Shown here: in pieces, positions 1 to 10,114 of the stretch
How the letters are laid out: every line of letters begins with the position of its first letter
Numbering within the stretch: position 1 is the stretch's first letter
Assembly (NCBI GenBank): GCA_963765765.1
Contig: CAVXYC010000032.1
Span: 64,001 to 128,000 of the forward strand
DNA length: 64,000 nt
Direction of reading: 5' to 3'
Source of the DNA: an uncultured Chloroflexia bacterium
GTDB taxonomy: Bacteria > Chloroflexota > UBA6077 > JACCZL01
Notes under the pieces: generated by a model
Told to the model about the DNA's origin: nothing
The model's input: only the letters and a program-made list of their open reading frames with translations
The model's database searches: none
Translations under genes and position numbers: made by a program

Positions 1-701
1 AGATCCTTGTACCAAATCCGACCGCCGTCTCGATTATCTTCCCAGGCCACCAGATTGCCGTCGATCCTCGGTCGGGTCTGTTGACCGTCGCCTTCCTGGA
101 CAACTGACTCCTCCCGATCGTCCAGGTCGTACATGCGAATGTCGGCTGTGCTGCCTCGGCCGTCCTGCCAGACGATTTTTCGCCCCGAGATTGCGGGATT
201 GTAATGAGATCCACCGGACTCAATGCGACGGACGTACTCGCGCTCCACAAGGTCGTAGACCACCAGGTCAAGATCACCCTTGGGCGTCTGCTCGACCCAG
301 ACGGCGACATTACCGGAGACCGACGGCGCCACGGCGTTGACCTCTGGAGGAAGTCGCTTTGAGTCCTCCTCCGATAGGTTTCGCGCGCGGATGTCCGCAA
401 GCCAGTTGACCTGGACCGTGGCCCCAGGCGTTACCGTGGGCGTGCCCGGGCCGACCGTTGGCGTGGCCGTGGGGGACGGTTGGGTCCGTCGATAATCTTC
501 CCACACGACCCAGTTGCCATCGATCTCGGGCGAGCGTTGATCGCCACCTCGATCGTCTACGACGAATTTCTCCACCCCCGGAGACGCTTGTGCACTGACC
601 ATCGATCCATCGGAGTCGACGGTCAGAAGTGTCGCGGCGCCAATAACCAATCCGCCGCCCAACAATTGGACTAGTCTTGCAGACTGTCCTCGAGATCGCA
701 T
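1..701 (-). CDS. Secreted TolB-like beta-propeller repeat protein (3' end runs off the window)
   Basis: Translated by hand (absent from the ORF track): AGGAG RBS, then MRSRGQSARLVQLLGGGLVIGAATLL (signal-like). Repeated motifs PEIDGNWVVWEDYR, PSVSGNVAVWVE, PAISGRKIVWQDGR, PRIDGNLVAWEDNR and a PT-rich linker. Confidence 0.8.
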   Translation of the reverse strand, partial: MRSRGQSARLVQLLGGGLVIGAATLLTVDSDGSMVSAQASPGVEKFVVDDRGGDQRSPEIDGNWVVWEDYRRTQPSPTATPTVGPGTPTVTPGATVQVNWLADIRARNLSEEDSKRLPPEVNAVAPSVSGNVAVWVEQTPKGDLDLVVYDLVEREYVRRIESGGSHYNPAISGRKIVWQDGRGSTADIRMYDLDDREESVVQEGDGQQTRPRIDGNLVAWEDNRDGGRIWYKD

Positions 702-1058
702 TTCCACTCCTGATTGCCGTGCCTCCGCGGCCGCGTCGCTGACGGAGGCTTTGCCGCCGGGCTGACACGCATGGCAATTGCTGATTCCAGAAACGGTGAA
801 TCGCCAGGTGTGGTTGCGAATTTCCAACCATGCCCCGGGTAGCGACGTCCGGGTGTTATTGACCTTGTGACAGATTTGATTGACGCACACGGCGGCGTGA
901 TATCGCTGTGATTTCCCAACGGCTCTGCGCAATGTTGCTGTGACCGCCTGCTGCCGAGAATGCAGACAGGCGGTGTCGGTCTGGGAGCAGCACACCGCAG
1001 CGACATCCGCGGATGGGTCTGCGCGTCGCATTCTGACAATCGGGGGCACCCTTTCATC

Positions 1059-1280
1059 ATGATGTGGGATAGGACACCGGTTCAGGACGAGCGCCGGGTG
1101 CGGGATTTCCTGAATTGGGAATACGGGCTGAGTGAGACGGCGGCCTCGCTTGCGCATAAACTGCGGGTGGATCGTCGCGTATGCCGGCGTGTGCTTGACA
1201 CCGCCGTGACAGAGGGGATTATCGAGCGCCGGGAATTCGAGGACATGGCGCCCATCTACGTTCGGTTTCCGGAACGATGA
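1059..1280 (+). CDS. Small hypothetical protein, possible winged-HTH
   Basis: ATG at 1059; TAASLAHKLRVDRRVCRRVLDTAVTEGIIERR is HTH-like; stop overlaps the next start (ATGA). Confidence 0.5.
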   Translation: MMWDRTPVQDERRVRDFLNWEYGLSETAASLAHKLRVDRRVCRRVLDTAVTEGIIERREFEDMAPIYVRFPER

Positions 1281-1690
1281 TCCTTGCCGTAGCTCCGACG
1301 AGCGGCGGGATTCAGTCGGCAGCACGTACGATTCTGGTGGTCGACCATCGGGAAACCATCCGCCGCGTCCTGGCGTTGATTCTGGAGAGCGAGGGTTTTC
1401 AAGTGGTGTCCACCGATACGGCCTCGGCGGCTGTGGCGCTGGCGTTTGAGATTCAGCCCGCGGTGGTGATGTTAGATCTATCTCTCGCGCAGCAATCCGC
1501 TATCAAAGCTCTCAAATCGCTAAAAGCTGATGCGCGCACTGGCAACGTGCCGGTGATCCTGCTCACCACTCATTCCGACGCCGTGAGCGATGTGGACCGG
1601 ACTCAGGCCGCTGCCGTGCTGACCAAGCCACTTGATCTCGACGCCATGGTGGCACAGGTTCGCGGTCTGGTGACGCTGTCGGTTGAGTGA
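1277..1690 (+). CDS. Single-domain response regulator receiver (CheY-like)
   Basis: ILVVDH...VVMLDL...PVILLT...LTKPLDL receiver motifs. Confidence 0.85.
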   Translation: MILAVAPTSGGIQSAARTILVVDHRETIRRVLALILESEGFQVVSTDTASAAVALAFEIQPAVVMLDLSLAQQSAIKALKSLKADARTGNVPVILLTTHSDAVSDVDRTQAAAVLTKPLDLDAMVAQVRGLVTLSVE

Positions 1691-1751
1691 GGCGTGTTGA
1701 TATGGGCTACCGGGAGGACAACCCTACCCGCTCACCCAACTTGGCTATACA

Positions 1752-2258
1752 TCAGAACTCCCACCGTGTCGCGGACGCCTGAAAATCGGCCTCGCGCCAG
1801 CCATGAGCGACTGACGTTTTGACGGCAAACCAGGCCGAATCCTCGCCGGGAAGGGTTGATACGTCGATGCCGTATTTCTCCTGATACGCCGAGCCCAGTC
1901 CAGCGATATCGTCCGTATGGTTGAAGCGCTCCACGTTGCCCTCCAGGATGACCACCTCGTCGCCGCTCTCCAGGTGAACGACCACGTGACCTGTGGCAAC
2001 CAGGTTGCGCCCCTTTGCTGACCGGGTATCGGTACTGAAGTACAGCGTTCCATCCAGTACCACGCCCCATACGGGCGCAGCATGCGGTTGCCCGTCTGGC
2101 GATGCCGTACATACCCAGTAATTGCGGGCAGTTTGGAGCCGCTCGAGGGCCCATGGCCATGAGATGAGTCCGCTATCGCTCGTTTCAATGCCATAGTCCG
2201 CCGGAAAGCGTGGACGGCCAGATTTGGGCTCGCGTGCGGGCTGTCCCATGTCGGTCAT
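1752..2258 (-). CDS. Pyridoxamine 5'-phosphate oxidase family (PPOX, split-barrel) protein
   Basis: WALERLQTARNYWVCTASPDGQPHAAPVWGV...SAKGRNL; start chosen after the AAGGAG RBS. Confidence 0.85.
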   Translation of the reverse strand: MTDMGQPAREPKSGRPRFPADYGIETSDSGLISWPWALERLQTARNYWVCTASPDGQPHAAPVWGVVLDGTLYFSTDTRSAKGRNLVATGHVVVHLESGDEVVILEGNVERFNHTDDIAGLGSAYQEKYGIDVSTLPGEDSAWFAVKTSVAHGWREADFQASATRWEF

Positions 2259-2450
2259 CGTGTCGGCTCCTTCTAACACTGAAGGTCCGTCCCTCGCGTT
2301 AACGAAGGCCGCTCCTGCGTCGCCGCGCATGGGCGTGCGCATTGTCGCCATTACTCCATTCACGGACACGCGTACAGGCGTCATTCCCGCGCTGCCAGTG
2401 TACGCTGCCGTTCCCGTCGACACGACAGAACGGGTATCCTGGCCCCGCCC

Positions 2451-2860
2451 ATGAGCGCCGTGTCAGCCCGACTACCCGATCCAACGACGACTAATCAGTG
2501 ATCGTGGCGCTGGTCGTCGGCGTTTCGTTTCTGGGGTTCGACATCACGGGCCCATTCATGCCGCTACTTGCGCGCGAGCTTGGTGTGACGGACCCGCAGC
2601 AGGCCGCGTTCTAGGGCGGGATACTCAATGCCACAACCCCCGCGGTTGGCGTAGTGTCCGCGCCGATGTCGGGCCTGGTAGCGGACCGCCTCGGCCCCAA
2701 GTACATGGCGGCACGCTCGCTCGCCGGTTTTGTAATCACCTACACGGCCGTGGCCTTTGTGACCGATCTCTGGCAAGTCTGGGCTCTGCGAGTGGCAACC
2801 GGTCTTATGCAGGCTATCTGCCAACGATGGTGGCGCTGATGGTAGCCACCCGCTCCGCGG
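2451..2860 (+). pseudogene. MFS transporter (MdtG-like) N-terminal fragment
   Basis: GFDITGPFMPLLARELGVTDPQQAAF*GGIL...SAPMSGLVADRLGPK (MFS motif A); in-frame TAG and truncated after about four TM segments. Confidence 0.65.
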
Positions 2861-3363
2861 GAGCACTTGGGCCAGCGCTCGCTGGAGCGCTGGCGACGAT
2901 CAATATTCAGTCAATATTTCTCATTGACTCGGGGCTGTTCCCGGTTGGCCTTGCACTTACGCTGTTTGTCTGGAAACGAAACTCCTCGGACTAATTCCAA
3001 CCGGTGTGGAAGCGCAGCCTGCACTTTTCCTCTTAGCTCAGGTCGATTGTCCTAGGTGTTGTCGTTGTCGCCACCCTGATCCACGGGCGCGGTGTTGTCG
3101 TTATCGTTGCCGCTCGGGTAGGAAAGAATCACCCAGTCACTCACGAGAACTCATTGCCCTGCTGTGATCCGTTGAACGAGATGGTGGCGTCAAGCTGAAT
3201 ATCGCTGATATTGCCGGGGCCCGGTAGCATCAGCAGGATTGGAGCACCACCCACGCTTACGAGCAGGCAAGGCGGATCAGATTCCGTATCTGCACCGGTG
3301 ATCGTTCCGGTGCGCCCGCCTGTCAGTACAGAGGGTTTAGTGCACAGTTCAGGCCGGGTATTG

Positions 3364-4176
3364 CTAAGGTGAAGGAAACGTTTCTCGCCAGGAGTTTGCG
3401 CGGCTCCTCTCACCCTGAACTGTGACTCGCCCCATTGCCTCGAGCTCGCTGAGATCAGCACGACCATAAAGCCAGCGCGCGAGGCCAGCAGCGTCTCCTT
3501 CGATGGTCACATCGGCGGCGTCGGCTTGGCGACTGATCGTCGCCCCGTCTTCTGATGATCGGATCAGCCACGTTGCGTCTGGCACTCCCGTCGCGTGGAT
3601 TCTCCAGCTCCCAGGGTTTGCCACGCCCGATCGGCGAAACAGCGGAAGATTGTTCTCGAGAATCGCTGGCAAGATGTATTGAGCGACGTCGTTGTCGATC
3701 TCTGATTCTCGCCCGACTGATGTCTCCAGGTCCCAGTTGTGAAACGCAAGCTCAACGACCCGCTGATCCACAATCCACGACGCCGGCATAAGCCAACGGG
3801 GGTGGGGGCAGGGCTGCTCAAGCTCCGCGGCACTCAGCCCGGCGAGCCGATCGCGCAAATCGCGGTGACTCGACTCGAAGGTTTCCGTCAACGCTTCGTT
3901 CGGCATCTCTCCCAGCTCCTTTTGACGCAGCTCACGCTCCTCATTCGTTTGCGGGAACGTCTGCCCACCGCTCAGCCCGGTATCGAGCATGACGTTGAAC
4001 ATTTCCGCATTGCGTACCAGGTGCGCCACGATGGTCTTTACCACCCACGGCGGGCAGTTGGTAGGTCGTGCCCAGTCTTCAGGTCGAAGGGAGCGAGCGG
4101 TGACGACTAGCTGTTCGCCAATAAGCGTCTGTAACGGCAGCGCCTCGGTACGCCGCCGTTCTCGTTCCGTTGGCAT
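3364..4176 (-). CDS. MDMPI / DinB-superfamily metal-binding protein with SCP2-like C-terminus
   Basis: DWARPTNCPPWVVKTIVAHL and VELAFHNWDL motifs; paralog at 48923-49735. Confidence 0.85.
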   Translation of the reverse strand: MPTERERRRTEALPLQTLIGEQLVVTARSLRPEDWARPTNCPPWVVKTIVAHLVRNAEMFNVMLDTGLSGGQTFPQTNEERELRQKELGEMPNEALTETFESSHRDLRDRLAGLSAAELEQPCPHPRWLMPASWIVDQRVVELAFHNWDLETSVGRESEIDNDVAQYILPAILENNLPLFRRSGVANPGSWRIHATGVPDATWLIRSSEDGATISRQADAADVTIEGDAAGLARWLYGRADLSELEAMGRVTVQGERSRANSWRETFPSP

Positions 4177-4194
4177 GGTGAGCTCCTGTTCGCG

Positions 4195-4713
4195 TTACGG
4201 GTGTTCCTGATGTTCGAATCGACCGGAGTAGTGGCCTGAGCCAATGGTTTCTTCGAAGACAAACTGGCAGATCTTGATACCTGGTCGGATAGCAAGCGGC
4301 ATGGGTCCAGCATTGTTCATTTCGAGTGTCTGATGATTGTCTATGCCCGGGTGCATGAAGCTGGCTGTAATGTGCACCATCAGACCGATCCGAGCAAACC
4401 TACTGCGGCCCTGAAGCCAGCCGCAGAGATTGTCGGGGAGCGTCACGCGCTCTCGAGTCAGCCCGTGGGCCGTCTCTCCGGGCATGAGGACGAAATAGTC
4501 GCCATCGTCGATCGTGATCAGATCGGTAACTGACTCGTAATCGGCGGCCTCCGTCACGTGAAAGATGTCCCGAACGCGTTTGAAGACGCGAAACTGATTG
4601 CCAAGGTGCAGGTCCACAGAAGCCGGGCCAACTTGGGCCTCGACGAATGGGTCGACGCGAATGATGCCCGCTTTGATGCGACGAAGAATCTCATCGCGCG
4701 CCAGAATAGCCAT
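4195..4713 (-). CDS. dcd: dCTP deaminase
   Basis: QVGPASVDLHLG, GRSRFARIGLMVHITA, LEMNNAG, KICQFVF. Confidence 0.92.
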   Translation of the reverse strand: MAILARDEILRRIKAGIIRVDPFVEAQVGPASVDLHLGNQFRVFKRVRDIFHVTEAADYESVTDLITIDDGDYFVLMPGETAHGLTRERVTLPDNLCGWLQGRSRFARIGLMVHITASFMHPGIDNHQTLEMNNAGPMPLAIRPGIKICQFVFEETIGSGHYSGRFEHQEHP

Positions 4714-4778
4714 GATGCTCCCAGTCGTCTCTAATCTCGGGCGAATGAGCGCCGCTCAACCTTTGCGGCTGTCAGGGG

Positions 4779-4818
4779 AAAAGGAAAGGGCCGTCCACCC
4801 AGGATCGGCCCTTTTTTG
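4779..4818 (-). terminator. Rho-independent terminator (possibly bidirectional)
   Basis: AAAGGGCCGATCC-TGGGT-GGACGGCCCTTT followed by CCTTTT on the minus strand, just after the stop at 4845. Confidence 0.65.
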
Positions 4819-4844
4819 TCGAACAACGACGATTCTTCTGAACT

Positions 4845-5832
4845 TTACTTCTTTTCTACTTCAATGCCGTCAGCGTATTGAGCAACGTTTTGGTCATCGC
4901 TGACTCTCATATGAATCATTGCGGTCCCGATCTTTGCGCCTGAAGGGATATCAGCTCCATCTTGCACTCGCCCTTACTCGTGGCATCAGTGCTATCGAAG
5001 TTTCTTCTGCGCCGCCATTGAGCTCACGAGTAGCCCAGCACGATGCGCCCTGGTTATCGCGACTGTGACCGCGAGACGTTCACCCTGCTTGATACTGCTG
5101 TGAACGTCCTCGAACTTGAGCATCATTGAGCCGTTACTACCCGGGGCTCGTGCCGGGTGCAAAGACCTGTGTGACATCTTCGAAGTCGATGCTCTGGCCG
5201 CCGCTTTTTACCGTAACTTTGACGTCAGCGTCTCCGAGGCGCGCATCATCAGGGATCACAACTTCCATCTTGCATTCGGATTTGGACGTCTTGCCCGATG
5301 TGAACGCCGCCGTCTTGCCGCCTTTGAATTGGATCTTGCCATCGCAGGTCGACCCGTCCGTCGCCTCAATAACGACCTTGAAGGTCTGATTCTGTTCGAC
5401 GCTACTGGGCAGCGTCTTGAATGTCGGGGATATTGGCTCGGAGCTATCCGGCTTTGGCGGCGCTGTGGCTGCGGTTGAGACTGTGGCTGTGGCTGTGCGT
5501 GATGGAGTGGAGGAGCCGCTGGACACGCCCGTGCTGGAATTGCTGCCCCCTAACGTCGTTCCGCCGAACGTGCCGGCGGGCGCTGCGCTCATGGCCTCCA
5601 CGGGAACGAGGCCGGACAGGAACGGCTCACCCTCGGGGTATCCGTTGATCACCTCGTCGGTCAACGCCACCGGCGACACGAGGTGTCTTTGACCACTTCG
5701 GATGAGAAAGATAAAGCCGTCTGAGCGGATGGCGAGCTGATTCTCGGCGGGATCGGACTGGGCCGCAACCGGAATGACGAGTCCACCGATCACTAGTCCC
5801 GCCACGAAGAGCAATATTCCGCGAAATTTCAT
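4845..5832 (-). CDS. Secreted protein with Ser/Thr linker and two tandem Ig-like domains (second domain frameshifted)
   Basis: Signal peptide MKFRGILLFVAGLVIGG. Domain 1 TSKSECKMEVVIPDDARLG is echoed past the called stop by TSKGECKMEL..PSGAKIG...GIEVEKK* in shifted frames. Confidence 0.7.
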
Positions 5833-5946
5833 GGTAATTCCTCTCGGTAGACCAATGGGCCGGGCTGGACAGTGTGCCACAGGCCGCCCCGCGAGGGCCA
5901 ACATGTGAGAACATCTCGATTCTGTAACAATTGGACCCGAATGGTG

Positions 5947-7206
5947 TTATTCGGCTCGTTCCAGAAGTGCAAAGGCCCGCTCTACCCAGCTCTGCGCGAG
6001 ATGGACCTTGCGCTTATCCACAGCGCTCGAGGCGCCGGCGGGACATTGAGAGACCCATCTAGGGATGCACTCGTAGACGCCATAGTAGACGCCGCCATCG
6101 TGTCCATCAAAGAGCACGGTGCTGAGATCACGTAACGATTCCCGCGCGTTGGTGAGCCAGCGCTCGTCTGGATCAACTTCATATAGCTCGAGTAGGCCGC
6201 TCGATGACCAGGCGCTGTAGTGGCTGAACACCTGTGGAATACCGAGCTCAAACTCGTATCCCCCCAGGGGCGAACGAAACCGTTCGAGATTCTCCGCTAA
6301 AACACGGGCGCGGTCCAGGTGGTCTAGTCGCGTGTCTCCGAGTGCACGCATCGCTAGGTGTGCCTCTATCATGATTGCCTGGTCGTAGTTCACATAGCTG
6401 GGCGGCGGCGCGTGAGTACTGGCCATGTTGTCTCGAAATCCGTAGCGATACAGCCCCATCGCCGGATCGAAGAGCTGGTCACTCCAGCTCATGGCAAGCT
6501 CTGCCCAGTTGCGATACTCTCTGTTGTCTGTTGCGCGATAGAGCCGCGCAAAGAGCTGCGCCGCCATTCCAGCGGTCTGGACAGGCTTGCCAGCCTCAGA
6601 GCGCTCGCGTTGGCTGTTCCACCAGAAGCCGCCGCCGAATTGTTCGTCCCAGAGTCCTGAATCGATCAAGTATCGGGCGGCCCGAGTGGCGCCGCGCAGC
6701 GCGCGGTCCTGAAGCTCCTGGTCTCGGACATACTCGGCGGCGTCCAGCATGGCGATACCAGCGATGGCATTGTCATCGGCATAGATGTCACGGGTGGTGA
6801 TATTGGTGCCATCCAGGTCTGATCTGGGCGCATAGCCACCAGGAAACGTCTCTTGCCAGAGGCTCTCTAGATAGTCAAATCCCCGCTCAATGCTGCAATT
6901 CAGTCGAGCGTTCGAGTCGCCACTGACTCGGGCAAGTGCAACGTCTGCCATAACCTGGCTGGAGACATACCAGTGGTCGGCAATGGTAGCGCCGGGCTCG
7001 CGAGCATATGTGAGGTGTCGTGCCGTCTGGCATACGCCCGTGGGGTAAGGGACGGCCAGTCGGCTCCATGTATAGCGCTCGATCTCGGCCGCGATCTGCC
7101 CCGACGTGGCGGTCGCCGGTTGGCTTGATGGCGGCATGAGCCAGACCACAACGGCGAATGCGAGCAGTGCTACACCGACGCGAATCAGCAGGGTATCGAT
7201 TCTCAC
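5947..7206 (-). CDS. Secreted glycoside hydrolase family 76-like (alpha/alpha)6 barrel protein
   Basis: YADDNAIAGIA, WDEQFGGGFWW, NYDQAIMI motifs; N-terminal signal/TM. Confidence 0.75.
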   Translation of the reverse strand: MRIDTLLIRVGVALLAFAVVVWLMPPSSQPATATSGQIAAEIERYTWSRLAVPYPTGVCQTARHLTYAREPGATIADHWYVSSQVMADVALARVSGDSNARLNCSIERGFDYLESLWQETFPGGYAPRSDLDGTNITTRDIYADDNAIAGIAMLDAAEYVRDQELQDRALRGATRAARYLIDSGLWDEQFGGGFWWNSQRERSEAGKPVQTAGMAAQLFARLYRATDNREYRNWAELAMSWSDQLFDPAMGLYRYGFRDNMASTHAPPPSYVNYDQAIMIEAHLAMRALGDTRLDHLDRARVLAENLERFRSPLGGYEFELGIPQVFSHYSAWSSSGLLELYEVDPDERWLTNARESLRDLSTVLFDGHDGGVYYGVYECIPRWVSQCPAGASSAVDKRKVHLAQSWVERAFALLERAE

Positions 7207-7254
7207 AGTCTTGGATGGAGGTTAATGGAAGCGGGGGCTCGAGTGCAGGCCGAT

Positions 7255-7302
7255 GATGAAATGATGAATACGGAATTAAATTCCGCGCCTCGCGCCTCTT
7301 CT
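7255..7302. repeat. Short intergenic repeat shared with ~24004-24045
   Basis: GAAATGATGAATACGGAATTAAATTCCGCGCCTCGCGCCT versus GAAATGAAGAATACAGAATTCCGCGCCTTGCGCCT. Confidence 0.5.
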
Positions 7303-7947
7303 TTACGCGATCAGCGCCGCGATGACTCCGACGAGGAAGACTCCGTCGAAGACGCCCGCGCCGCCGATGCTCAGCATGAGGGCTGGCATGCGGCGCACCG
7401 CGGGCAGGTTCAGTAAATCGGCCCCGATCAGCGTTCCAAGTGTCCCGCCAATGTACGCTACCGGGGCGGCCTGGCCGCTTGCGAGAAGCATGGCTATGGC
7501 AGCACTCAGGAGCGGTGGGACGAATGCGGGAAGCGTAATCCCCACGCCGGGTGTCACGCGGGCGAGCGCTTTACACACCGCCGCCACGATAACAATGGTA
7601 ACGAGGGTCTGAAGCAGGGGCGCACGCGGAGCAAGATAGGCGGAGAGTGCCAGTGGGATGATGGCCCCGCCAACATTGATGGCGAGAACTCGCTGCCGCA
7701 CCACTGGAGGGTAGTAATAGAAGAAACGCATGATCCCGCGAGGTAGCTGCTGGACGACTACACGCTCACTACTCAATGGGATATTGATCATGCCGCCCAC
7801 AAGCGACGCGAAGAGCACCATCAATGCGGCCTCGGAAGAGAGACCGAGACGCGCGAACGAAAACGTCGCGAGATTCAGGTAGATCAGCGCCAGAATCAGC
7901 GGCGTTACCAGCACAAGCAGTACGCCCAGCGGCAAGCACGCCAGCAT
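7303..7947 (-). CDS. DUF1614 family membrane protein
   Basis: SLVGGMINIP, LAINVGGAIIP, GTLGTLIGADLLNL, SIGGAGVFDGVFL. Confidence 0.9.
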   Translation of the reverse strand: MLACLPLGVLLVLVTPLILALIYLNLATFSFARLGLSSEAALMVLFASLVGGMINIPLSSERVVVQQLPRGIMRFFYYYPPVVRQRVLAINVGGAIIPLALSAYLAPRAPLLQTLVTIVIVAAVCKALARVTPGVGITLPAFVPPLLSAAIAMLLASGQAAPVAYIGGTLGTLIGADLLNLPAVRRMPALMLSIGGAGVFDGVFLVGVIAALIA

Positions 7948-8086
7948 GATTCAGTTTAGACAAAGGGCACACGACCTGGGCTTCGCGCATGCTGTTGGAA
8001 GGGTTCGCTTCCAGCTTCTCCTGTCCCGATTGACAGTCCGGAAGTGTGCCGCCTATAGTGACGCCATCGGACGCCCGGAGGACGGC

Positions 8087-9127
8087 ATGACTTCCACACT
8101 TCCCCGAACTGCTTTGGATGGCTTCTACCAGAAGGTTCAGCAGCTCAATATGCGACCCCTGTGGCTCAACACCGGCGGCGGATCCGAGCCCGATGAGCAG
8201 ATCAAGGCGATGCACTGGCGATGGTCCGACATTCGGGCATGCATGGTGGAAGCCGGCAATCTCATGCCCGTGGGAAGTGCGGACGCCGAGAGGCGAGTAC
8301 TCACGCTTCAGAATCCCAGCATCCCGAGTGGGCGTGGCTCCACACAGACAATCCAGGCTGCCGTGCAGATGATTCACGGCGATGAGCGGGCTCCGTCTCA
8401 TCGGCATACGATCGCAGCCATCCGTTTCATCATTGAAGGCAGCGGAGCTGTCACGATCGTTGACGGTGAGCCGTTGGTAATGGAGCCCGGCGATTTCTTA
8501 CTTACGCCCAACTGGACCTGGCATGGCCACACCAAGGAGACGGACGGCGAGATGTTCTGGCTGGACGTGCTCGACGCGCCGTTTGTCCGAGGGCAGAACT
8601 GGATGTTCTACGAGGAGTATCCCGGCGATGACCTGCAGCCCCCAAACGTGGGACGTGACGATTCGCTACGTCGGTTGGGTCTGCCCGGGATGCGACCGCT
8701 CACGTATCGCCCGAACGGCAAGTCGTACTCGCCGCTCTTTACTTACAAGTGGACCGAGGCGCGCCCCGCGCTGGATCGTCTGAGCGATGCCGATGCCAGT
8801 CCTTACGATGGGCGAGCAATTCGATACGTCAATCCGATCAGCGGCGGGCCAATAATGCCAACCATGGACGCTACGCTCCAGCTTCTGCGGCCAGGTGAAG
8901 AGACTCGAGCCCATCGTCACACGAGCAGCGCGGTTTACTACGTGGCCGAGGGTTCAGGTAGCAGCCAGATTGGCGATCAGACCTTCAATTGGACGACGAG
9001 TGACGTCTTTGCGGTACCGACATGGGCTCGTCATGCGCATCAGGCCGGCGGTGCCGGCGCGGTGCTCTTCTCGATCAGCGATCAGCCTGTCCTCGATGCA
9101 CTGGAGCTCTACCGGGAAGGCGAATGA
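8087..9127 (+). CDS. Gentisate 1,2-dioxygenase-like bicupin
   Basis: AERRVLTLQNP, APSHRHT, TPNWTWHGH, TRAHRHTSSAVY; GGAGG RBS before the ATG at 8087. Confidence 0.88.
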   Translation: MTSTLPRTALDGFYQKVQQLNMRPLWLNTGGGSEPDEQIKAMHWRWSDIRACMVEAGNLMPVGSADAERRVLTLQNPSIPSGRGSTQTIQAAVQMIHGDERAPSHRHTIAAIRFIIEGSGAVTIVDGEPLVMEPGDFLLTPNWTWHGHTKETDGEMFWLDVLDAPFVRGQNWMFYEEYPGDDLQPPNVGRDDSLRRLGLPGMRPLTYRPNGKSYSPLFTYKWTEARPALDRLSDADASPYDGRAIRYVNPISGGPIMPTMDATLQLLRPGEETRAHRHTSSAVYYVAEGSGSSQIGDQTFNWTTSDVFAVPTWARHAHQAGGAGAVLFSISDQPVLDALELYREGE

Positions 9128-9184
9128 GCGGTGAGCGGCAGAACGAATACCGGGGCGATTTCCACCGACTGATGAGGATTGTTA

Positions 9185-10099
9185 ATGCCGCTTGATCCGC
9201 AGGTGCGCCGGTATCTGGACCAGCAAGCTGCGTTAGGTGCGCCTCCGCAACGGGAGATACCGCCTACGGTACAGCGGGCCAATCAGCGTGCTGCGCGCGT
9301 CCTGAATGTGACCGAGCGTGAGATTCCCGGGCCCAGCGGGTCCATCCCGTTGAGAACCTTTACCCCGGCAGGTCCGGGCCCGTGGCCCGTGCTGGTGTAC
9401 TTCCACGGTGGTGGATGGGTCATTGGGGATCTCGACGTTACCGATCTCCGCTGCCGACTATTGGCTGATTGGGGGCGCTGTCTGGTGGTCTCCGTCTACT
9501 ATCGGCACGCGCCCGAGCACCGATTCCCGGCGGCGATTGACGATAGCTACGCGGCGACTCTCTGGACCGCTGAGCACGCCTCGGAGCTCGGCGCGGATGC
9601 CGATCGATTGGCGGTGTGCGGCGACAGCGCTGGAGGCAATTTGGCCGCGGCCGTGACGCTCTTGGCCCGCGAGCGCGGCCCGCGAATCATGTTTCAGAAC
9701 CTCGTGTATCCGGTGGTGGACCATGACTTCAGCCGCGCTTCGTATATCGAGAACGCGGCGGGCTTTGGCCTATCACAGGACACCATGCGCTGGTACTGGG
9801 ATCAGTACGTCCCCGATGAGGCGCAGCGAGACGACCCGTTCTGCTCGCCGTTCCGGGCGGAGAATCTCAGTGGTCTTCCCCCTGCTTTCATCCAGACCGC
9901 GGAATTTGATCCCTTACGGGACGAGGGAGAGGCGTATGCGGAGCGTCTCCGCGCCGCCGGTGTGCCAGTAGTGCTCAAACGCTACGATGGAGTGATTCAC
10001 GGATTTGTGGGCCAGGCCGGAGAGTTCGACATCGGTAAGCAGGCGGTGATTGATGCCGTCACGGCCCTGAGGGAAGCTTTCTCTAGGGTTAGGGGTTAA
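9185..10099 (+). CDS. HSL-family alpha/beta hydrolase (esterase/lipase)
   Basis: YFHGGGW, GDSAGGNL, DPLRDEG, HGF. Confidence 0.92.
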   Translation: MPLDPQVRRYLDQQAALGAPPQREIPPTVQRANQRAARVLNVTEREIPGPSGSIPLRTFTPAGPGPWPVLVYFHGGGWVIGDLDVTDLRCRLLADWGRCLVVSVYYRHAPEHRFPAAIDDSYAATLWTAEHASELGADADRLAVCGDSAGGNLAAAVTLLARERGPRIMFQNLVYPVVDHDFSRASYIENAAGFGLSQDTMRWYWDQYVPDEAQRDDPFCSPFRAENLSGLPPAFIQTAEFDPLRDEGEAYAERLRAAGVPVVLKRYDGVIHGFVGQAGEFDIGKQAVIDAVTALREAFSRVRG

Positions 10100-10114
10100 G
10101 AGTTAAGGGTTAAG

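Noticed and set aside
3052-3350. Short minus-strand ORF remnant ending in DNDN repeats
   Set aside because: No start or RBS, abuts the MDMPI stop and needs a frameshift; too weak to call.
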